Part shown: one piece after another, positions 55,601-64,000 of the stretch | Position numbering within the stretch: the stretch's first letter is position 1 | Layout of the letters: every line of letters begins with the position of its first letter | Source of the DNA: Bugula neritina | Lineage: Eukaryota; Animalia; Bryozoa | DNA: 64,000 bases | Direction: 5' to 3' | NCBI GenBank assembly: GCA_964035545.1 | Contig: OZ037765.1 | Location: 4,660,698 to 4,724,697, forward strand | The notes under the pieces: generated by a model | Databases searched by the model: none | What the model was told of the DNA's origin: nothing | The model's input: the letters and a program-made list of their open reading frames with translations, nothing else | Made by a program: the position numbers and the translations under genes

Positions 55601-58600
55601 TGTTGTAGGTGAGCTAATATTATACTGCTGTAGGTGGGCTAATATTCTACTGTGTTGTAGGTGAGCTAATATTATACTGCTGTAGGTGGGCTAATATTCT
55701 ACTGTGTTGTAGGTGAGCTAATATTATACTGCTGTAGGTGGGCTAATATTCTACTGTGTTGTAGGTGAGCTAATATTATACTGCTGTAGGTGGGCTAATA
55801 TTCTACTGTGTTGTAGGTGAGCTAATATTATACTGCTGTAGGTGGGCTAATATTCTACTGTGTTGTAGGTGAGCTAATATTATACTGCTGTAGGTGGGCT
55901 AATATTCTACTGTGTTGTAGGTGAGCTAATATTATACTGTTGTAGGTGGGAATACTTCTTCTGTTCAACTTGATCACAATTCTTCTCATCTTCCCCGCCA
56001 TTCTCAGCATTGATGCTTGGAGAAAGAAGAATTTCCGAGTCGATGTTGTGTGCTGCATAGAGTCGGCTCCTTCTACCAAAGTGACGGACATATCGGCACT
56101 TTCATCCCCGTCCCCTACTGATGACAAGCAGAATACAGTAGTTGTCTCTGAGGTTACAAGTGGGTAGCCTACTACAGTGATACCTGAATGTAGCCTGATA
56201 CATAATGTAGCCTAATTTCTAAATCAGATATAGATTATAAGGAGGGGAGATAATATTACCTTTCGTAAATGTAATAATGTGAGATAATATCTCATTTGCA
56301 AATCTGTACGAATGTTTCATCTATATAATACGCACAGTATATTTGCTAGCTGTAGTGCTAACCAGAGTCATATAACATTATAACTACGTAAAGTTTGACT
56401 GTAGCGCCAGACAATATAGTGACAAAGTTGGCTGCTACTGACTACACAGAGTATGAGGGTACTGCATCATACTCTGACACTGGGTCTTCACAAAACCTCA
56501 CCGAGACCAGCAAACCTTCAGCATGCTGTGGTAAGTGAATTCTCTTTCTAACAGCATATAGCTAAGGAGTCTATATAAAGTATAGGTTGGGATGTATCTA
56601 ACAGTAAGTTATATTACTTTACTTCATGTTACTACAGTTTTTAGTGTCAGTTTATATAATGTAGTTTCTGATTGGTTAGCTGTAAAGAGACTGTCCACTG
56701 TCAAACGACCTTCTTTATGTAATTTCAAGTTCCGTGACCTAAGCCTAACATTCACTCAGCATGCTGATGAATATCAATCAATCACTGGTAAATTTAGCTT
56801 TGAAAAACCTTTGAATTTAAATTTGCAAAAAGATTTAAGAAAGATTATCGTAGAACATTGTCTATCTTGAACCAACATAGCTGGTTTAATTATATTGATA
56901 GCATATATTATATTGATAGCTGTTAGCCCATTGATGTCTTCTCTCTTTGCTACAGATAATAAGACATCAAATAAATGTTCTGCCTTGTCGCTGAGCTGGT
57001 TGGTTGACCAGTTCTACCTGCCACTTGTGGAGACGACTTGGTTCAAGGTCGTAGTTTTTGTATTTAACACACTTCTAATATGCATCAGTATCTACGGCAT
57101 CACTCAGGTTGGTTCTTGAGTTATTAAAACAAATTCACTAGAATACCATAGTTGACTACTTTTTTAAATTTTGTTTTAAGGAATGGAAATGTTGTTTAAT
57201 TATTTTTATATACCTTATAGCGTGTTATAAAGTGGAATCCTTTTTTGGTGATGCTGAATCTTGCCTATGAACATGAAACTATTGAAGTAAAAATTAACCA
57301 AATTTCAGATAAATAGAAAATAGACTATGTATGCTATGCTATTTGCTATGTATGCTATGTTATTTGCTATGTATTCTATGCTATTTACTATGTATGCTAT
57401 GCTATTTGCCTTGTATGCTATGCTATTTACTATGTATGCCATGCTATTTGCTATGTATGCTGTGCTATTTGTTATGTAGGTTAAAGTTGGCATGGAACTT
57501 ACTGATATTGTTCCAAAGGAAACCAACGAGTACAGATTCCTTAAGGCGCAGAGCGATTACTTTGGATTCTATGACATGTATATAGTTACCAAGGTTGGTA
57601 ATCTTTATATTCCATTACTCGTATATAATTATTGGAATAGTTGATGCGTTCCTTGATTTCTATGTTGTTTATTGTTACTGAGGTTGGCTATAATATGTCT
57701 TGCAGGATAACTTCCAGTACCAACTGCCAGAAAATCAAAAACTTATAAGAGAGCTTCATGGGAAGATATCTCAAGTCAGTTATGTCATACGGAAAGATGA
57801 CGGGAGTTCTCGGGAGTTTTGGCTGGACTTAATGGTGAAATGGTTAAGAGGTTAGCCGTAGTGTTCAATGTATACTAAAATTTCCTAATGGGCTAAAATA
57901 TGAGAATCCTACAGCAGTGGAATGTTTTTAGCCAAAGTCTCATAAACTGTCTTCTTACAAAACATGATTAATTAGCCTCTAAATCTTGTTGGTAACCTGT
58001 GGTGCAGCAATGAGCAATTAGCTGCTCTAATATGCCGACTGGAGATAATGGAAACATGGACAGCGCATGTAAATATATGTGACCATCTATAGTTAAATGA
58101 GAAGGGGAGACTATTACTGTAAATTATTTGATGGTTTGAAGTATTGGTAATTTTATTTTTTGTCTGTAAAATAATCTCGTATATTATTATGAAGTATCAT
58201 GGCTGAGCTGTTAAACATCCATACTGTCTTAGGAGTTCACTATAAAGTTGTATTTAGGAGTTATCATATCACATTTGATAAAAGTGTTGTCTTCTCTTGT
58301 AGATTTACAAGAGAGTTATGATAATGATGTAGCAGCCGGGTTTTTCCACTCTACTGGGTGGTATTACAATGCCTCAGATGATGCCGTCCTTGCCTATAAA
58401 CTCCTCATACAAACAGGCGACACAAACAACCCTCTGGACAAAACTCAGGCCAGCTATAAAAGACTAGTGAATGATGAGGGAATCATAGCCTCAGACGCTT
58501 TCTATAACTACCTCACAGCGTGGGTGTACAACGACGTCCTCGCATATGAAGTGTCTCTGGCATCTATCAGACCAGAGGGTAAGGAGTGGTTCTATGTGCC

Positions 58601-60515
58601 CGGAGAAGGAGATCTGCTCATACCTAAAGCTCCTTCTATTCAGTTTGCTCGAATGTCGTTCTTCCTACACAATCTCGTCAACACAGAAGAAATAGTAAAG
58701 TGCATACGCGAAGTACGAAATATTTGTGAAGATTATGAAGAACTTGGGCTAGACAGTTACCCATCAGGACTTATCTTTACATTTTGGGAACAGTACATAA
58801 ACATCAGATACTATTTACTCATATCACTAGTATCAGTATTAGCATCAGTTTTTATTATTATAACATTTATGATGATGAACCCACTCGCAGCATTTCTCTT
58901 GGTGTTGACCTTGAGTGTGATTACAGTAGAGTTGTTTGGCTTCATGGGTCTGATAGGTATACAGTTGAGTGCCGTTCCCGTCGTGATTCTTGTAGCATCA
59001 GTGGGTGTGGGGGTAGAGTTCACTATCCATGTGATGACTAGCTTCATAACTAGTATAGGTAATCGCCAACTCAGGACTAAACGATCTCTTTCCTTCATGT
59101 TTGCTCCAATAGTGCACGGAGCTATTTCCACTCTACTTGGTATTATCATGCTTGCTGCGTCGCAGTTTGACTTCATCTTCAGGTAATTTTGCTTATATAC
59201 CTCTGCAAGTAACCACACTTACTAAAAGTATTTTTACTCATTCTATAGGTTTTCTACCAGTTAGCTTTCTTATATATCCTTAGGAAATTTAAAAGTGTGT
59301 AAAGTCAGTAAAATTAGACTGTAGACCTAATCATTCTAGACAGCATGTTTTACTCATGGTAAACACATGCTATAATGCAGGGAAGTAAAAAATTTCCAAA
59401 AGATTGTAGTGTTTAGGGTCATTTAATCTTACATAATCTGTCCAAATGACAACTTTGTCCTCCTATATTTTATAACATGGACTTATTTTCTCACAGCACA
59501 CATTATTTTTAATAAATCACAAGGTTTCAAATGAGTGCCAATGGTAGTTGATCTTTAATAAAAATAAGTTGTTGTCAAAAACTTTACCCCAAATACTTAC
59601 ATGCTCAACTGGTATATCATTTATTACAGCATGGTATGATAGTTGTATGTGTATACATGTTTCTCATAAGTTTCCACAATATAGTTGCCCGTAAAAGCAC
59701 TGTCATGTGATCTACTGCATATCCAAGCTGTTTGTTTATATTTACTGCGGTTGTTCTGTATTTATGCATGTTGTGTGCTTGTAGGTATTTCTTCCTCAGT
59801 CTATTGGCTCTGGTAGTGCTGGGACTATTCAATGGACTCGTCTTCTTCCCTATATTAATATCCGTGTGTGGGCCATCCGGTGAAGTAGAGCCCGAGAACT
59901 TATCCGACTCATCTATACCATTAACAAGGCTGATCATCACCCCTCCCTCTTCACCAGAAGGACATCGAGCTAGGAGAAGAAGGTCAAGTACAAAGAAGCC
60001 TCTCGCAGACCCTGCCGTCCTCTCCACCATTACAGAAGAACAGTCTGGGGCCTCTGCAGCCTCATCTCACTCTTCTAACCAAGAAATATGCAGTAAAGTA
60101 ACTCCAACAGTCAATGTGGAGACAACTATCACCCCGTACTTAAAACATTCATCTACACAAGGAGCTCAGTCTAAAAATGTTAGTATGATATAAAACTGAA
60201 ATAGTTACAATCCTCCTACTTTTTGTAATTTAATTATAAGACATACTTTTTGTGATTTAATTTTATAAATGTGAATAACTGTACTTTACACTATTATTGT
60301 TGAACATAACATAAAATGGGTGTATATACTTTTAGGGAACCAGGTCGTTTACTAAAGTGAAGACAAAGGCTACGGTAACTGTGGAGGTCCACACGGAACT
60401 GCCTGGATGTGGGGAACACGACTCCCCTATTGTTACTAAAACTTCTCATTCTCAGCCTACACAGGTAGAGGAAACGAATGACTTGGAGGATGCAGGATGT
60501 GTGACAACACTTTAG
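46635..60515 (+). CDS. ptc: Patched, Hedgehog receptor (~1,300 aa, ~20 coding exons)
   Basis: Exons: 46635 (or 46698)-46739, 47099-47179, 47309-47501, 48112-48301, 48672-48741, 48904-48998, 49941-50061, 50990-51173, 51711-51868, 53808-53966, 54441-54698, 55312-55437, 55946-~56159, ~56405-56530 (this junction is uncertain), 56956-57107, 57480-57593, 57706-57850, 58303-59182, 59785-60178, 60336-60515. Motifs: RTSWVDA, 'KLWVEEDGRL', '[12 protein letters not shown]', '[12 protein letters not shown]', SSD '[22 protein letters not shown]', '[13 protein letters not shown]', 'GVGVEFT', 'LSTITEE'. Confidence 0.96.
50450..50737 (+). repeat. Degenerate TATGTGCTAT/TACTATCA-type tandem repeat in a patched intron
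   Basis: Repeated CTATGTGCTA/CATGTGCTAT units, which generate spurious Y/C/L-rich ORFs. Confidence 0.8.
51876..53190 (+). repeat. 16-bp minisatellite (TACCAACTCTACCTCC), ~80 copies, in the patched intron after exon 9
   Basis: Directly visible. The 16-aa period in the ORF translation equals 3 units. The + strand is almost G-free. Confidence 0.97.
54223..54411 (+). repeat. ~95-bp diverged tandem duplication upstream of an acceptor
   Basis: TTATGGAAAATACGC.AAGCTT.GTTTTTAT ... CATAACTCCAAATACTGCAAA..GTCAATTTAT occurs twice. Confidence 0.85.
55480..55945 (+). repeat. 52-bp (25+27) higher-order tandem repeat filling a patched intron
   Basis: Alternating GTGAGCTAATATTATACTGCTGTAG and GTGGGCTAATATTCTACTGTGTTGTAG, 18 monomers in total. 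Confidence 0.97.
57325..57479 (+). repeat. 21-bp minisatellite, ~7 copies, ending at the acceptor
   Basis: Unit CTATGTATGCTATGCTATTTG; the last copy ends ...GTTATGTAG|GTT. Confidence 0.9.
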
Positions 60516-61262
60516 AGAGTATTCCTTGCCATTGTCTCACATCTCTTGAATATTAGCATTAATTCGTGGATATAATTTGCCATTTTGAAAATTATCCCAA
60601 TATTTTTGCGAACCTACAATTACACTGCTGCTCAAGAAAAGACAACTGCTATTTCAACACATGGCTGTTTTCATCCTTTTATTTTCACTCTTTGCGATGT
60701 TTTCATTTGTTCACTTTTGATCATTTTCTAGTACATTTGCAATGACTGTGAATTTTATTGTACATATGAAGAATTTTTACACCATAAATTTGTTTTTAGA
60801 AACGCGGCCATCTTTGTTTTACTACACTTTTTAAACAATCAAATGTGCTTTAAAACGTCTTCAGCCTTTATAATATATAAAATAATAATAAAAAAACATA
60901 ATTTTATATATTTATATTTTATGCTTTGTAAAATAATTCATACGTCCAATACTTGAGTTGCACTAAAAAAACCAGAAAAATTAATGTGTGTATATATACT
61001 AGTATATAGCAAAAAACTCTTCCAACATTTCAAGAAAAATCTTGTTCATGATCTTGATTAAAAAGATAAAGAAGATATAAATAAGTAAAATGTATTAGAA
61101 TGCTGAATGTAAATATGAAATCAAATATCTCTCCACTGTTTACTGACAGAAGATCTAACAAATAGATTCATGTATATAGATATTGCAAGACGTAAACGTA
61201 AAAGCAGACGAGAGCTATGTATAGGTGAAAGATATTACAAGACATGTAAGAGAAGCTGTGAG

Positions 61263-63275
61263 TTATAGCTCATCCCTCAGTCTAGCTTCAGCTACTGCTT
61301 CATCTATCTTGCTCTCTATCAAGTCCATGCCAACATCTGGTCCCCACCCACCAAGCACCTGTCCATGTGAGTCAACCAGATACTTGTGAAAGTTCCATTT
61401 GGCACCCTCAAAGTTTTCTATTCCAGAATAAAAAAAAAAAATTGAAGGAATACACACATTCTGGCACAACAATCTAGGTGCTGTAACAGCATTGAGAATA
61501 TTGCAGTACACATAATTTACTTATTTCAAATTTTATTGTTCAAGTTGACCAGAGTAACAAACTAACAGAGCATGTGTGTAAGTGAAGTAAATTATAGTAT
61601 ACCTGTTAGGTATTTCCAGAAATCCGGGGTATTTGGTCCGAGCACCTCAATTTTATCGAAGATCTCAAAGTTGATGTGATAATCTTGGGTTAATTTTGCC
61701 CGAATGGTCTTGCTGTCCTACAAGGTCATGAAAAAGCTGAGATTGTGAATTTTTAAAAGTGTAGAAAGATATCGCCATTGTTCTACACACATAACTAACT
61801 AATAAACATCATAGAGGAACTATAGGATTCACTACACCTCTGGCTCTTGCTGCCCAAACTGGTTACAGGGAAAAGCAAGTATGTGGAGCCAATTTCCATA
61901 CTTTTCCTTTAACTTTCTGTAGTCGCGGTAATGAGAAGATGTATAGCCACAGTAAGATGCTACGTTTGTGACCAGTACAACCTAAAAACACAATTTATAT
62001 CTGAATGTTTAGAGAAACCAACACAGAATTGCTGCTTTAACTTACTAACAGCAAATTAAAAAAATTTAAAGTTTATGAACTTTGACCTAAACATTATATG
62101 GTAACGAGTCAATTTGGTCACATCATGCTTTATAAAATACAACTTTCAAAACAAACTTAATGGGCTGCAGAAACAAGAAAAAGATGATTTTAATAAGCAT
62201 CATTGGGCACAAACCATTGTTTTAAGTTTTTGTGTGAACATTTGGCTAAAATACTTACCAGACAAAATCAACAGCAAGCATGCGCCCACCTAAAAGTTCT
62301 ACACTTTTAAGAGTATCATTTTTTATAATGTTATCAGTAAAAAGCAAGTTTTTAACAATATCCTTAGAGTTAGTACACAGGAAGCAGCTGTGCCCTAGGA
62401 GTTAGAGCGTACGCTTAGTAAACAGGAAGTCCTGAGTTCGACAAAGGCCATTGATGATGTTAGGAAGAGCCTCCAGTCAGGTAGAGTGACTATAAACTTG
62501 TGTGAGTTAGAGTTAATACACATTAATAAAGTAAAAATGTGTATATAGTTATACTAGCCTACAGTTGCATGAAAATTAATATTACTAATACATAAAACTC
62601 AAATTATTAATATTCAAGATCCTATATAATTGCTTTCAAAAAAATTTGAACATTGCACAAGTACTAGTACTATTAGTATTAACAGAAACTAAGTCGAACA
62701 AGGATATACAAAATCAACGAGATGAAAAAACCCAGAAATGTATGGGTTTCAGTTTGTATCTAAGTTACATTCGGCATCATGAATTCAATACTGATCCTAA
62801 TAATAATAATAATAGTAATTAAAAACACAGTTACACCTAATATAACAATACCAATACTCATACCGAATACAGAATAGTGAAATGCAATCAGCGATACACA
62901 CAGACACAGTATCAATATGAGATTGAGTATCAGTATCACTCAATCAGTGCGATTATCATTATGAGTCCGAGTATGAAAATGAATATGATTATGAGTATGA
63001 CACAGATTGTCACTGTGAGTATTAGTAAAAATGACTGAATACTATGATTTATTCTTAGTCTGAAATCAACTTCAAGATTTAAAACTACCTCCAAGTCTAA
63101 CTGTAACTGTAAATTTACTAACCGTTTTCTCATATTTGCTAAAGTTTATGACATTTCCATCAGGGTCTTTAGCTGAAAAGCTGAAGAAATTATCAGCATT
63201 ACTGCCAAATACATTAAGTACTGGTAGGTAAGTAATGCTAACAAATAAAAGAAATGCACACTCAACAAATAACAT
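61263..63275 (-). CDS. GPX7: ER-luminal Cys-type glutathione peroxidase (GPX7/GPX8 class), 188 aa, 4 exons
   Basis: Minus-strand exons 63275-63123, 61981-61838, 61717-61603, 61417-61263. Signal peptide, '[11 protein letters not shown]' (catalytic Cys encoded by TGT, not Sec), '[13 protein letters not shown]', '[10 protein letters not shown]' and C-terminal ER-retention signal RDEL. Confidence 0.9.
62384..62480 (+). mobile_element. Degenerate tRNA-derived SINE fragment
   Basis: A-box-like 'TAGGAGTTAGAGCG' and B-box-like 'GAGTTCGA', followed by 'GTTAGGAAGAGCCTCCAG', which resembles the AGGAAGGGCATCC motif of invertebrate SINEs. A weaker relic lies near 50325. Confidence 0.35.
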
Positions 63276-64000
63276 GGTACTTGTACTAGAATAAAAATTC
63301 TATATCAACGTGCGTTCGTGTTGCTAAAAGATGTTAATTTATATTGCAGTAGCGATAGGATATACCCCCGGGCGTGGTTTTCTTTTCTCCGCGTGAAATG
63401 TGGCAGTGCAACTCTTCAAAACGCTGTACGCACAATTTTCGATATTATTATATTGGAATCACTAGGCGACGGGAACAGCGAAATAAATTTTTCTACAAGG
63501 ACGTCAGTCATATAACCGACAACTCCCTAGTACTGCATAAGTTGTCGCTGTGGTAAAATATAGGCAACAATTAACACTAATTTTAATTCAGTGAATATTT
63601 GCTCATTTTTGTCAATCTACTTCTGCATGAGATACAATATTATGGTTCGTACAATGATAGATAATCATTAGCCTTCTCTGTTGTTGCAGCAATAGTTTAA
63701 ATTCTATAGCATCCCTCTCTATACAAATATTTCAAGGCACATTATATAATTATACACCCAAGTACTTTAACACTTCTAGCCATTATTGACATCATTTTAA
63801 CTATGTGAAGCTAAAATTAAAAATAAATGTTTCATAGTATGTCATAGAATATTTATTATAAAAATATTTATACTTGCAACCAGCGGATGCACAAATTTGT
63901 TCTGAGGAGAAAAGTACTTTCTATATTAACAATATTTATAAAAGCATAAATTATACATTATATGTAATAACAAAAGATCAAGACTTGAAGTCTCAAATAA

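Noticed and set aside
55480-55945. CRISPR-like regular repeat array
   Set aside because: There are no unique spacers and no cas genes; it is a tandem repeat in a eukaryotic intron.
61838-61981. Selenoprotein GPx with UGA recoding and a SECIS element
   Set aside because: The catalytic codon is TGT (Cys) and the frame has no internal TGA.
63318-63560. GC/CpG-richer segment with a small hairpin (CGACAACT...AGTTGTCG) and an AATTTTT run, considered as an snRNA
   Set aside because: It does not match any spliceosomal snRNA I can recognise and is more simply the GPX7 promoter region. An Infernal search would settle it.

Overview
AT-rich, intron-rich genomic DNA from an animal. It is most likely a bilaterian invertebrate, but the taxon cannot be fixed from this window. 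Six spliced protein-coding genes can be rebuilt by hand with GT-AG junctions and consistent phases: a DUF389/TIGR00341-type membrane protein (+, 15 coding exons), syndecan (+, 6), endospanin/LEPROT (-, 4) head-to-head with VCP/p97/TER94 (+, 13), Patched (+, ~20, with a perfect GLI site upstream) and an ER-type Cys glutathione peroxidase of the GPX7 class (-, 4). Non-coding features include a three-copy MITE family, a hAT-type MITE with an 8-bp TSD, a SINE-like relic, many intronic mini- and microsatellites and two long near-perfect palindromes. The most unusual observations are three. First, a Patched intron is built almost entirely of 18 tandem 'mini-intron' units (GT..CTAAT..TAG|GT), and every decoy acceptor leads to an immediate in-frame stop. 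Second, the syndecan ectodomain carries a thyroglobulin type-1 half-domain on a symmetric phase-1 exon. Third, degenerate 6-bp-periodic tracts, two of them folded into palindromes, mark the 5' end or first intron of five of the six genes. All exon coordinates were read manually and no database search was run.
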